This document shows positions 12,340-23,961 of a stretch of DNA of 64,000 bases, piece by piece. The translations under genes were made by a program, and so were the position numbers. The notes beneath the pieces are model-generated. The model had not been told where the DNA came from. It made no database searches and saw only the letters and a program-made list of their open reading frames with translations. The DNA is from an uncultured virus (IMG/VR IMGVR_UViG_3300033075_001711). Its lineage: Duplodnaviria; Heunggongvirae; Uroviricota; Caudoviricetes. Where the stretch lies: the IMG/VR virus record IMGVR_UViG_3300033075_001711; one strand, given 5' to 3'. The stretch's first letter is position 1. Every line of letters begins with the position of its first letter.

Positions 12340-13311
12340 TTATTTCTCCTTATCTAAACATCTGACTTTCCAACCATCTGTGGATTTTAATTTAAAAGGT
12401 TTCTTTTTAAATTTAATAATTCCATCTTCACATATATTTTTTGGTGCAGGTCTTTGTAATCCATTAACATTAAAAAATTTTCTAAAATTAAATGTTTTAT
12501 ACTCATTTCCTTCTAAATCTGTTATAACCCATCTAAAAGAGGTGGCACCCCCAAAAATTCCATTTTTGACACGATCATCTTCTTTATGCACTCTATGGAA
12601 GTTTCCTTCCCAATCTTTAACAGTTGTAAACCCTTTCCGCATCTCTGATAATTTATTCTTTAAAAGGTCATTATGTTTCCTATCCTCATTGGGGTGTTTA
12701 TATTTACTCCTATCTATTTCAAAATCTTTTTTGGCAATTCTAATTTTTTGCCCTGTAGTTCTATCTATAACTGATAAGAATCCGGAAGTGTGTCCAACTA
12801 AATTGGTATTTGAATCAAACTCTTTTCTATCTACCCTAATTTTTTCTTTTGTCAATGTGTTGATAGCTATAACCTCATTTTTCTTTCCAAACATAGGATT
12901 GGAGGTACCAGGCAGAGGGGGTAATCTATAAGCCTTACCTTTGGAATAATTCTCACTTGCTAATTTAGATAACATTTTTTTATGCTCATAAGATATTTCC
13001 ATCCCAAAAAACCCATTAACACATGCAAAAGACTCATTAAAATAATCTTTAGATTTAACAACATCTTTTTCTTTTTGTAATCTAAGTTCTTCAGATAGCG
13101 CCTCTTTTCGTGTTTTATGTGTTGATAGAATCTCTATATCAAATAAATGCCTGTTATTCTTAATTTCTTCTTGAAAAATTTTTTTCCATTTTTTAGACCT
13201 AACACTTCCCATATACCCTTTATCGATTTTATTTTTAGTTGTTGACCCAATATAATATTTAGGCAACTTGTCTCCACTATATGTCACCAAATAAACTACA
13301 AATATTTCCAT
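12340..13311 (-). CDS. GIY-YIG homing endonuclease (Seg-like)
   Basis: VVYLVTY...YYIGST, GYMGS, EALSEE, YFN, then NUMOD-like NPMFGKK and RKHND..KNKLSE. Confidence 0.85.
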   Translation of the reverse strand: MEIFVVYLVTYSGDKLPKYYIGSTTKNKIDKGYMGSVRSKKWKKIFQEEIKNNRHLFDIEILSTHKTRKEALSEELRLQKEKDVVKSKDYFNESFACVNGFFGMEISYEHKKMLSKLASENYSKGKAYRLPPLPGTSNPMFGKKNEVIAINTLTKEKIRVDRKEFDSNTNLVGHTSGFLSVIDRTTGQKIRIAKKDFEIDRSKYKHPNEDRKHNDLLKNKLSEMRKGFTTVKDWEGNFHRVHKEDDRVKNGIFGGATSFRWVITDLEGNEYKTFNFRKFFNVNGLQRPAPKNICEDGIIKFKKKPFKLKSTDGWKVRCLDKEK

Positions 13312-13313
13312 TT

Positions 13314-14162
13314 TTATCCAAAATTAAATTTAATATAATTAACCCCTTTTGGGTAATCTTTTCTTTTTTCTTTTAAAAAATTATCTATTTTAGTTTTAAT
13401 TATTTCTGTAAAATTGTTTTCTTTTTCAAACCATATTTTTCCTGACTCATCTTCAAAAGCTGTATTATTATACAATACATAATCTAAAAATTTTTTAGCA
13501 ACAGGACATTCTTTTTCTACTGCTAAAGTAAGTTCAGCAAAATAATTTTGACTAATTTTTGGATTTAAAAAATCTACTTCATGAGTCCAGGTTTGAAAAT
13601 CATAAATGGATTTGAAATTAGTCAAATTATAATTATGCATAACATCTTGAATATCTTCCCTTTTTAACCAAACCCATTTTCTGTGATTAGTATCTACATT
13701 TTCGGTTTCAGTGTCTTGAACACCTACCGCAAAAACAACAAACATTTTTGGAAGTTGACTAACGCCAACCCCCTGTTGCACCCCCGAACCTGCCCATTCC
13801 CCAAAAATATTTAAAATAAAAACTCGGTTAGGTAATAGGGTTTCAAGTTTATCTGCAAATGATTTTAGAAGAGATGCTACAGCTTCTTTTTGGGAATCTA
13901 CAAATTTAGCAAATCCATAATTGTCATTGGTTACAGTAAGAATCTGATTACGGGATTGACACCAAAAATTTTCTGGATCTGTGTGGGAATTATAGGCAGA
14001 AATTCCAGAATTTGTGCCATGCAACTTAACGGTACCTTCAAAAGTAATTTTGGGTAGTGGCTTCTGAGCCATTTTAGCAAAATGCTTTACATCATGGCAA
14101 GTGTTTCGGAATTGTTCAATAGACGGAAATGTGACATGAACAGGCTTCATTGTAAGATTCAT
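13314..14162 (-). CDS. Rnl2-like RNA ligase, N-terminal half of a split gene
   Basis: FPSIEQFR, motif I GTVKLHGTN, QSRN, motif III FGEWAG, IIIa FVVFAV, VEKECPV; motifs IV and V are absent. Confidence 0.85.
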   Translation of the reverse strand: MNLTMKPVHVTFPSIEQFRNTCHDVKHFAKMAQKPLPKITFEGTVKLHGTNSGISAYNSHTDPENFWCQSRNQILTVTNDNYGFAKFVDSQKEAVASLLKSFADKLETLLPNRVFILNIFGEWAGSGVQQGVGVSQLPKMFVVFAVGVQDTETENVDTNHRKWVWLKREDIQDVMHNYNLTNFKSIYDFQTWTHEVDFLNPKISQNYFAELTLAVEKECPVAKKFLDYVLYNNTAFEDESGKIWFEKENNFTEIIKTKIDNFLKEKRKDYPKGVNYIKFNFG

Positions 14163-14198
14163 AAAATATGTTCCTCGCTAAGTTTTGCTAACAAATAT

Positions 14199-14227
14199 TA
14201 TATAGCCTCTCTACAGTGGTTTGTCAA
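14199..14227 (-). promoter_or_regulatory. Sigma70-type promoter of the ligase/endonuclease unit
   Basis: CCTCTTGACA-17 nt-TATATA. Confidence 0.7.
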
Positions 14228-14481
14228 GAGGATCAATTTAAAAATTTTAAATATCCGTCATTATCCTCATGAAATTTAAAAAACTCTTCTTGTGCGGCTT
14301 TAATTTTATTATCCAGTTTTATTTTTTCTTTTTGTAATAATTTTATTGCTGTAGTGTATTTTACATAAGCATGTTGAGAAGGTGAGAGTTTTGATAAAAA
14401 AATATTAGGCATAGTATAACAATAAAAAGCATTAAAAGGATCATAAACAACTGTTTGTGTGCTTTCTATTTTATTGTTATA

Positions 14482-14750
14482 TAGAAATATATGTAAGATA
14501 CATATATTTCTAAAAAACTTTTTATCCCATAAAATAAATGTTTGAATTATTGTATATAAGAATATGGTAAATATGAAGTCAGGAGCTTCGCTCCCCATTA
14601 CATATTTACTGTTCCCGGAAGGTTTCCGGGAATGTTGAAAGATTAAGAATCTTTCAAATAGAACACTCAGGGAACAAATCGGAAAAGGATCCCAGGATCC
14701 CGAAAACCCGTAGAGTCCTATGAGGCACTAGACGCAGCTCTTACGGGGCG
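14482..14750. other. Non-coding cluster of perfect inverted repeats (candidate origin or structured ncRNA)
   Basis: Stems at 14482-14512, 14567-14609, 14612-14632, 14635-14657, 14687-14700, 14707-14747; locally GC-rich. Confidence 0.6.
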
Positions 14751-15398
14751 ATGTCAAGTGGGGAGGAGTTTACAGTCCCTCTTGTGAGTAAAGGGTATGA
14801 TAAAATGTATCATATTAATTCCAACTGTCGGACAGTATTTTATGAACTTGAACAATTTTTCCTAATCCATATCTATTAAAACAGTTATCGGATAAAATTA
14901 AAAACTCATCTTTTTCAAACATAGTTTTTTCCTTATTAAGATTCTAAATAGCTACATAACCACCAAGTAGGTTCAGGATTATTTGGCGCTAAATTATATT
15001 TAGAACAAAAATCCATTAAATATTTTTTATTTTCGGAATCAATTTCTAAATCACTAATTTCGATTTCTAATGGTTCTTCCCAATCTGATTTAATGCAAAG
15101 ATTAGGCAAAGTTAAAACTGGAGTATAATACTCATAACTTCCACATTTTACAATTTTTATTGGAATAGGATTCATTTCCTCCCATTCTTTTTTATGCTTA
15201 CAATATTGTTCTAATCTAGGATCAGAATATGAGTAACCGGGATTAAAATTTCCTCGTGCATTAAAAGGCTCAAAAATTGGCACAAAATTATTTTCTTTTT
15301 TCCACCAATTTTCTAGACCATCCTCTGTCCAAGGAAAAACATAATCTTCATTAAATTTAAATCCGTAAGCTAAAAAACTATTTGCTGATGAGGACATA

Positions 15399-15611
15399 CT
15401 ATTTCTCCTCAGATGTTATTGTTTCTAAATAAAAGCCATCTTCAAAAAACAAAAAATTAGAAAGTCCTGTAAACCTAAAATCTTTAATTAGTTTTTCTGA
15501 AACTTCTAATTTTTCTCCTTTTCTATATATTTCTATTTCATTTAAAGGTGTAGAATTAACAGAGTTTTTTATAGCTTTAATTAATTCAATTGTTTCAATA
15601 TCGAGTCTCAT
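15399..15611 (-). CDS. Hypothetical protein, paralog of 5799..6008
   Basis: Direct protein similarity between the two ORFs. Confidence 0.7.
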   Translation of the reverse strand: MRLDIETIELIKAIKNSVNSTPLNEIEIYRKGEKLEVSEKLIKDFRFTGLSNFLFFEDGFYLETITSEEK

Positions 15612-15641
15612 TGTATATATTCTCCGGTATTAAAATTAACC

Positions 15642-16430
15642 CTATTTGAATTTTTCTGAAAGTATTTGAACTAATTTATTTAAGTTACAACTATATAAAT
15701 CTGCTCCGCTAAAAGGATTTAACTCAATAACTTTCAAACCTTCTGGAGTATTACAAACATCCATAACATATAAACTTTCTGGAGCCTCTATGTTATTAAC
15801 TACACCATTAATATAATCATAAATATATTTTTCTGGCTTTATATTTAAACCTTCCCTATTTTCACTAGAATATTGACAACCTGTGATTACCTGATTATCA
15901 ACTACAATAAATCGATATTCTTCTAAAACTTTTTTCACAGGATTTAGAAGAATATCTATATTAGGATTGTCGTAATAATAACCATAATCAAAACTCTCAA
16001 AAGATAAATTCTGCCTATTAAGAATTCTCCCAGAAAAATGTTTTAAACAAGAAGTTGGGCGAGCAAAAAATTTATCTTTAATACCTAATTTTGACAAATA
16101 AATATCTGGATTGTTAACAAATTCAACTAAACTAATAAAATTCCAAGTATCATTTAAAAGATATTTTTGTAAAAAATTATAGTATGTTTTACAATCAAAG
16201 GCTCTGTCATTGCAAAAAGAACCTGGTTTAAAAGATGGTATTTGAGATAGTCTGCAAGCAGTTTCCAAACTACCATGAAATATCATTGGCTGATTTTCAA
16301 ATTTTTTAGGAAAATTCCAAAAAGAATCTTTCCATTCAATCCATTTTAAACCATTATTCTCTATTGCTTCTATTAATCTATTTTGATTATGTTTATAACA
16401 TTCCCTTTCAACTAACCAAATGAGTCCCAT
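15642..16430 (-). CDS. ATP-grasp domain protein (DUF4343/R2K-like)
   Basis: KFFARP, EYRFIVVDNQVITG, YVMDV, VIELNPFSGADLY. Confidence 0.8.
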   Translation of the reverse strand: MGLIWLVERECYKHNQNRLIEAIENNGLKWIEWKDSFWNFPKKFENQPMIFHGSLETACRLSQIPSFKPGSFCNDRAFDCKTYYNFLQKYLLNDTWNFISLVEFVNNPDIYLSKLGIKDKFFARPTSCLKHFSGRILNRQNLSFESFDYGYYYDNPNIDILLNPVKKVLEEYRFIVVDNQVITGCQYSSENREGLNIKPEKYIYDYINGVVNNIEAPESLYVMDVCNTPEGLKVIELNPFSGADLYSCNLNKLVQILSEKFK

Positions 16431-18633
16431 AATTTATATTTCCTCAATTTTGTTTTTTAATTTTATACGCATACATTCTTCTAAATATGATAGAAGACCT
16501 AATTTCTCTACTTTTGTCATTTCAGAATAATGCAAACTTGGGTGAGAAATAAACTCCTCAACTAAACTATCCATTTTAATTTGAGTTTCTTTAAATAAAG
16601 GGATCGCATTTAAAATTTCAAACACAAAAGAGTTGTTCATATTATATTTCCTCAATTTTAATGAGATTTTTAATTTTGTGCAGTAGAATTTCTTTGTTTG
16701 TTATATCTTCATGAAACTCTTCAGTTCCATTAGGATATGTAATTTTAAATTTCTTAACTCTAGGTGGACCATTCTCAAGATACTGTTGTAGATCTCTGTA
16801 ACTACTGAACACTCTACCTAAAATGTTTTTCTCTTTTAAACTCACCAGTTCATTATATATAACTTCACTCACAGAGATTATTTCTGCGTTTCCATCTGGT
16901 TTTGTGTACTCATGTGGAACTTCTTTTTCATTATTATGTTTAAGATTATATTCTTTATTATATTGAAGCATGTCTTCTTTAGACAAATGTAAAGATTCAC
17001 CATCTGCGCGGCAACCCCATCCCCGTTCATACTCAGTCCAGCCTTGATGAATTACAGGAAAAGTTTTCATTTCTCAGTCTCCTTTTAGATATTGTGATTC
17101 AAATCTATTTTCAGATGCTTCAAGAAAATCTGCTAATTCTCTAAGTTTGGTAGGGGTTAGTAATGTAACCCCAAACTCTACTTTACAATATAGAGAGTCT
17201 TCATTTTCTGGTTTACATAACAATTTAATATATTGTCGTGAGAGAATTAAATCATCCTCAGAATCATAATGAAATTCTGTGAATAATTTTAGATATTCGT
17301 GTGAAATATTAGAAGCTCTAAATTCATAATCAACAGTGTCAAGATATTTTTTCATATGCATATCTCATCTTTAAATTCGGATATTTTATTTTTACCTATA
17401 TGAATAGTAAATGTTTCTGGAAGATTATCTAAATTAATATTAACATCTTTAAATTTAATTTTTTGTTTAGATAGTTTTTGTAACACTAAATCAAATAAAT
17501 CTTCTCCAGACACATTATAATAATCAGGCAAATCACAACCTGAAGAAAATTTATTTAAAATAATATCTTCTAAATTCTTTTTTGTAAAAATAATTGTGTC
17601 TTTCATATTTAACACCCGTCCGCTGGATGACTGTCACTAAAATCTGATGTAAAAACAGATTTCATAAAAGCATAAGAAGTAAGAACAAATTGTTCTTTAT
17701 AAAACAAATATAAACTCCTTGGAATTGCTTTTTTTAACCATGAATCTACAGTTTCTAGTCTTGCTTTGGTATCTGTTTCCCATAAAAATATATTTCTTAC
17801 TTTTCCATATTCTTCAGATTCTGAATTGAGATCCGCTTTTTCTAATAATACAGCATCAGATAAAGATATATTTTCAAATAACAATGTTTGTGGATTAACT
17901 TTCATTTTTAGCCTCTCTTCGTTGTCTGCGGAGTTCTAAACCTCCACGAATTTTTATTTCAGCAAAATCACAATCAATGCTAGAATTAACATATTGTTGT
18001 AATTCTATAGTTTCTGGTAAAGAAACATTATGTTTTCGAATAATATCTTTTATAATTTTTCCGAATTTATTTATTTCGGAGTTTAACTCAATGATCACAG
18101 GCTGATTCTGTGGGAAACATCCAAATTCATTTACTAGAGACATTTTTATCTCCTATATTTTTTAGGAACAAATTGTTGAATTCCGTGTACTCGTGAATTT
18201 TTTCCCCATTTAAACTGATTTAGTTTTGGGTCATAATTCCATAAAAAACTTTTACCCCTATTTATACATTCATTTAACGGATGATTAAACTCCCCTTCAC
18301 CATCAGGATTCATAGGCTCACAATCTCGCATAATTGATCCACATTTGGTGCAAATCAATTTTCTATCCTGGTGTATTTCTCTGAGTCTTTTTTGTTTTGG
18401 AGATAGCATTTTTAAATCTCTTTATTATACAAGTTCAAAATAATTTTTTGGATAGCAATAATCCTCACCTGACTCATCTATAACTCTAAACCACCCAGCT
18501 TCCTCCTCAAGAATAGTATCAATTTTATCATACATTTTGCCCACTATTACTTCATGGCACTTCAGAATATATTCCGGATGCCCCCAAGTATGCCCAAAAA
18601 CTCCTACTTTAATACATTTAACTTTACTGGTTT

Positions 18634-18885
18634 TCAACTTTCCACCTCAAATCCTTTTATGGTGTATGTTCCAATATGTTCACTTGACTTATATCCTGGT
18701 TCAAAATGAATTTTACAGAAAAAAAGCACATCTCCAATTGTATCCCATGAACTTCTCAGGTATACAGAATTACAGTTATTAGTTAGTTTTTCAACATAAT
18801 CCATTGCTTTTTCTGGACTACTAAACAAAGCAATATTATCAGTAGTTTTGGTAAGCATATCTGTATAAGAAAGCAAATAAAACAT
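18634..18885 (-). CDS. Hypothetical protein, paralog of 8823..9068
   Basis: Direct protein similarity; GGAG SD. Confidence 0.7.
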   Translation of the reverse strand: MFYLLSYTDMLTKTTDNIALFSSPEKAMDYVEKLTNNCNSVYLRSSWDTIGDVLFFCKIHFEPGYKSSEHIGTYTIKGFEVES

Positions 18886-20372
18886 ATTTATCTCCCTATT
18901 AAATTTCTATTCCCCAGCGTACCAAACTATTTTCCCAAAATTTTTGTAAATTATCTTTTAAATTTAAAAAAAGATCTTTACAGTAATCTGCTATATCTGA
19001 TTCTGAACAATGTAATTTTTGTGATACCATAATAGGATTATCTCCAAAAATTGCCATACAAAATTCTTCTTGTTCATCATTTAACTCTACTCCAAGATTT
19101 GTGTTTCCATAATATTCAAAATCATATTTTAAATTTTTATGGAACCATGAACATAATTTTAAAGTGTCATAAAGTTTTTCATCATTAGTCCTGATTAACA
19201 TTTTTAAATCTCCTTTACCCATCTATCTCTAACTCAATAATTATATATCCATTAAACCAAACACCCAAAGGGTTGGTTGAGGTTATTCCATTACTTTTTA
19301 AATATGGTAAATCTTTTTCATAAAAATTAATTTCCCACATTTGATAATACTCAGATCCCCGATAATCTCCATATATGCTAAAAGGTAAATTTTTGTGGTT
19401 AACATTTTCAAATTTTCTAATATTTTTTTCTACAGCTTCCAACATAGCTATATATCTTTGTTTTTTCAAAAAATTTTTAAAAAATTCTTCTGCTGCGGAG
19501 TAAGATTTAAAAACCCCCAATAAAACATCTAAACTATCTTGATCTGAACCCATTTCTTGTAACAAAAAAATTGTTTCCATGATTTTCTCCTTTAAAAATA
19601 ATTGTTATTTAAACAATCTCTAAACCATTCCACATATTCCGGTAAATCTTTTTCAATCAAAGAAAATACTTTCTCTGAATCTGGTTTCACAAGATATTCC
19701 ACAAAAACTTTAAATACAAATTTTTGTGATAATTCAACATTTAGGTAATCTTGAAAAAGAATTGCGTGATCTAAAAGAAAGTTACTGGATATTTTAGGAT
19801 CTCTTAATCCTATATCGGCAACACGTATTTGCTTGACTCTGTTCCAGCAATCAATTTCAGGCCCTGGTTTATATAAATAAACATGATAATGTTTTAGCAA
19901 AATTACATAGATTGTCCATTCTGTAACTTCTAACACAAGTTCTCTTTTGAATTCTACTTCTTGTAGATCAAAATCTGACAGTTGTTTTTGATTTCTTTCC
20001 ATAGGAGATTTTGTGTCCGCATGACCTACTTCAGTTAATTGGTAGTGAATTTTTTTAACTACAGACATTTAAAAACCCCTATTAAAATTTTATAGACTAC
20101 AATAGGTTCGAGTAAAAAATAAAGAACTTTTAAAAAATCTTCAAAATTTTCAGAGAAATTCATAATTATTTCTCACAAAATTGAATCAAATTTTTCAAAT
20201 CCAAAAACTTTATTAAATTCTTTTGGATCATTTAAATCTAATTTTTTAAAAGTTCCATCTTCTTGCTCAATTAAATGATCAGGACAGTCATTTAATTCAA
20301 TTCCATATAGTTTAGCCAATTTCTGAACATATTTTGGTGTTAAATTTTTCATAATCTTTTCCTCCACACCAA

Positions 20373-20401
20373 TATATAACACCTCAAGACAGTGTTGTCA
20401 A
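20373..20401 (-). promoter_or_regulatory. Sigma70-type promoter
   Basis: TTGACA-17 nt-TATATA with extended TG, then GGAGG SD. Confidence 0.7.
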
Positions 20402-22094
20402 GTGGTGCGGGACGAATTTTTTCCATACCTATAAAACTGAAGCAGTAGTCCTACTAATAGCCTAACTTCTGAATTATAATATCTTTTACTAGGTTCTTGT
20501 GTTATTCCTTCAAACAATAATCCCATTAAACTATATGAAATATGTTCTCTCGCAAATGAAATAGCTTCATGAGCCATTTTAGGATTTTCTAACATTTCTC
20601 TTACATCTGAAATGCTGTAATCATCTCTATCTAAATTTCTTCCACTAAATTCTTCTAGCCACATTTTTTCTAATTCTTCAGCGGTTTTATTTTCAATCAT
20701 TTTAGTATAAACTTTTTGAAATAAAAGAAATATATAAACGATGTACACTGAGGCACACGTCCCAACCTTTATTTTCATAGATATATTTTAACATATGTAA
20801 AGAATTTTGAACCCCATTTAAAAATTGATATTGTTCCTCAGAAATTGGACAATTAAAACTAACTTTTATATGTCGATTACATCCAATTTCAGGAGTTATT
20901 GAATTTAACTGTTCATCCAATATTTTTTCTAATTCAGTTAAATATTTAGAGTGTTCTGTTGTTTCTTTTTCTATTAAACACAAATGTTTTGCAACAAAAT
21001 CTTTATAGTTCATTTTTTAATTCCTTGAAATAAATCCAAACATTTTTTATTAAAAAAACCATTTACAGTCCAACAATGTCTATCATCTTTATTAAATTCT
21101 AAAAACCCACCTAAACCAGAACTATTTCCTGGGCTAAAATCTATATAATATTCCCCTTCAATTCCTACAACTGTTCCTTGAATAATTTGACCCCAATAAT
21201 CAACATTAATTATTTCTCCGGGATATAACTGTTTAGTTAAAACTTTATTTTCTGAATCTAAACATTCTGTTCCTAAATATGTTTGAATATTGAAACCTAT
21301 TTTTCTATTTGAAGGTGGGTCTACAGATAATACTGTTAATTCCGTTCTTTCAGGAATTTTTCCAAAATATTCACATTCTATTTCTTTAGTCATTTGAATT
21401 AAACCCTATGAATTCTAATTTTTTAGGTGTATCGTTTTCAAAAAGAATTTTACATTTACATGTTTCTAAATTCAACATTTTAGGGTAAACTACAGTACCA
21501 CCTATATAGTCATAACCAGATAGATTATATTTTTCATTAAAAACATAAATTTGTGGATATTTAGAGGTCATTTCTATTTTTTCAACTTTACATGTGGAAA
21601 TCTCTTCTTTATTATATCTATGTCCAATATGATAGAAACATATACTTACTAAAATAATCCAAAAAGGAATCACAACAAAAAACAGTAATTTTTCAGAATC
21701 GCTAATTTTCATTTAAATCTCCAAAAAATCTAGTATTTTATCTAAATTCTCTATTTCGGTTTCACTTTGGATTTCATAGTTTATTTTATTACCTGAGTTG
21801 TTTATTAAATCAATCTGAAAATTTATGTTATTTTTTGTAAAAGAAACAGAACAGTTATCATCATATATATGTGGTGTTTCACCTGTTCGATTTAAAATTT
21901 TATTTACTATTTTATTTAAATTTTCTTTTCTATTTTTTTCAGTATCATATTTATCTAATAAATTTTCAATATATTTTTCTGATTGAACTATAAAATCTTT
22001 TTTAAATAAATTGTTCAAGAACTCAGGTGTTTCGTTACTTCATTAATAATATACATAAATACGAAATATATATAGTAATATAAGAAATATTTTC

Positions 22095-22670
22095 ATGAAA
22101 AAATTATCAGAATATGCAAAGCAACATGGCATCTCCTACAGAACTGCCCATAACCATTTTAAACGTGGACTTATCCAGGGAGCCTATCAACTCCCCACCG
22201 GAACTATTGTCATCCCTGATTCTTACTCTGCCAATAAACCAGAAATGGTTTATCTTTATGCCAGAGTTTCTAATCAATCTCGTAAAAATGAACTTCAATA
22301 CCAAATTGATAGACTCATTACATTTACTAATTCTAAAGGTTTAACTATAAATAAAATTTTTAAAGAGATTGCGTCGGGAATGAATGACTCTCGTAAAGAG
22401 CTTTCTAAAATACTCGCAAAGCCCCCAACTAAATTAATTGTGGAACATAAAGATAGATTAACACGTTTTGGTTTTAATTATCTTGAAACACTTCTTTCTC
22501 AATTAGGTTGCGAAATTATTGTTATGAGCAGAGATTCTAATGAAGAAACAGACTTAATGAATGATTTAGTCTCTATTATTACTTCTTTTTGTTGTAGATT
22601 GTATGGGCTTCGAAGAGGCTCTAAAAAAGCATTGGAATTAAAATCTAAATTAAATGATCCGATCCAGTAA
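22095..22670 (+). CDS. tnpA: IS607 TnpA serine recombinase
   Basis: N-terminal MerR-like HTH, YARVS catalytic motif, EIASG, VEHKDRLTRFGF, DLVSIITSFCCRLYG. Confidence 0.95.
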   Translation: MKKLSEYAKQHGISYRTAHNHFKRGLIQGAYQLPTGTIVIPDSYSANKPEMVYLYARVSNQSRKNELQYQIDRLITFTNSKGLTINKIFKEIASGMNDSRKELSKILAKPPTKLIVEHKDRLTRFGFNYLETLLSQLGCEIIVMSRDSNEETDLMNDLVSIITSFCCRLYGLRRGSKKALELKSKLNDPIQ

Positions 22671-23961
22671 ACATTCACTTAAATTCTCTAATCCCTCTAA
22701 ATTAGAGACATTTCATTCTTTCCTCAAAGAATACAGGCGTTGCGCCTCTATTCTCATAGATTATCTCTGGACTCATGACTACTCCTGGATTTATAAAGAT
22801 CAAGAAAAAATATTTTCCATAAAGAAAAATTTACTTGAACTTCCTTCCATGCTTACTTCCGATGTTATTCAAAAATCTGGTTTAGAAACATTTCTCTCTG
22901 GAAGAGTTCTTAAATGTTTATTGACTCAAATTGCAGGTATGATCTCTGCTGAAGTAGAACTCCAAAGAAAAAGAATCTTTGTATTAGAAAAAAAGAAATT
23001 TGAAAATACCCCTCGTAAAAAATTAAAACATCTTATAAAAAGTATAAAAACAAATATACCTCAGAAACCCTCTACAGAGAACATTAACCCGGAACTAAAT
23101 TCTATTTGTGCTGACTTTAAATTTACTGAAGGAGAGTTTAATGGGTTCCTTAAACTTAAATGTCTAATTAATACCGAGCGTGGTTTTCACATTAACTTAC
23201 CAATTAAATTTACTAAACATTCAAATAAACTTCACTCTAAAGGTGGAGTTATGAAACCTTCTTTTCTAATCAATAAAAATTCTGTAGATATACGGTGGGA
23301 AATTCCAGATCCTGTTAAAGTTTTAGATGGTAAAATAGTTGGCGCTGATCAAGGTTTAAAATCTGTTCTTACATTATCTGATAGTCAAGTAACTCCTAAT
23401 ACGGACATACATGGACATTCCCTGGACTCTATTTTAGATAAATTATCCAGAAAACAAAAAGGATCAGTTAAATTCAAGAAAGCACAAGATCATAGAACTA
23501 ATTTTATTAATTGGAGCATAAACCAGTTAAATTTTAATGGTATAAAACAGATAAATTTAGAAAGAATTTGGAATATAGGGTTTAGAAATAAAACAAGTAA
23601 AAAATTAAGTCATTGGACGAATACACTAATCAGAGACAAGGTTGAGTCAAGATGTGAAGAACTTGGGGTCCAAGTACAGCATCAAGATTCTACATACAGA
23701 AGTCAGAGGTGTAGTGGTTGTGGACAAGTACGTAAGTCAAATCGGAAAGGGAAACTATATGAATGTATGAATTGCGGATTTATTTTAGATGCAGATCTAA
23801 ATGCTGCGAAGAATCATGAAACATTGTTGCCTGAAATCCCGAGGAATTTACAGAAACTCAGAATGAACATAGGAGCGGGATTCTATTGGTTAGAGTCAGG
23901 GTTTTATGATTCTGGGGGCAGGAGCCTTCAGTCTCTGCTGTCGAAAAAGGAAGTTTCATAA
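22654..23961 (+). CDS. tnpB: IS607 TnpB RNA-guided nuclease
   Basis: VGADQG, INLERI, SQRCSGCG...CMNCG Zn finger, DADLNAAKN; RuvC triad intact. Confidence 0.9.
   Translation: MIRSSKHSLKFSNPSKLETFHSFLKEYRRCASILIDYLWTHDYSWIYKDQEKIFSIKKNLLELPSMLTSDVIQKSGLETFLSGRVLKCLLTQIAGMISAEVELQRKRIFVLEKKKFENTPRKKLKHLIKSIKTNIPQKPSTENINPELNSICADFKFTEGEFNGFLKLKCLINTERGFHINLPIKFTKHSNKLHSKGGVMKPSFLINKNSVDIRWEIPDPVKVLDGKIVGADQGLKSVLTLSDSQVTPNTDIHGHSLDSILDKLSRKQKGSVKFKKAQDHRTNFINWSINQLNFNGIKQINLERIWNIGFRNKTSKKLSHWTNTLIRDKVESRCEELGVQVQHQDSTYRSQRCSGCGQVRKSNRKGKLYECMNCGFILDADLNAAKNHETLLPEIPRNLQKLRMNIGAGFYWLESGFYDSGGRSLQSLLSKKEVS

Noticed and set aside
12293..12931. 212 aa plus-strand ORF and similar antisense ORFs (27514, 27781, 31340, 33726, 41329, 57292)
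   Set aside because: Shadow frames opposite well-supported genes, with Phe/Leu/Ser-rich composition and no SD
12240..13490. Group I intron or split intein in the RNA ligase
   Set aside because: All intervening sequence is coding with 2-3 nt gaps and no visible intron core; the appendages lack intein signatures (N-L-C rather than HN-C/S/T)
14413..14598. N-terminal half of ORF 14233..14598
   Set aside because: Runs through the hairpin cluster; the real gene more likely starts at MPNIFL near 14412
14700..14790. Self-cleaving ribozyme (hammerhead, twister, pistol)
   Set aside because: Conserved cores such as CUGAnGA/GAAA could not be matched on either strand
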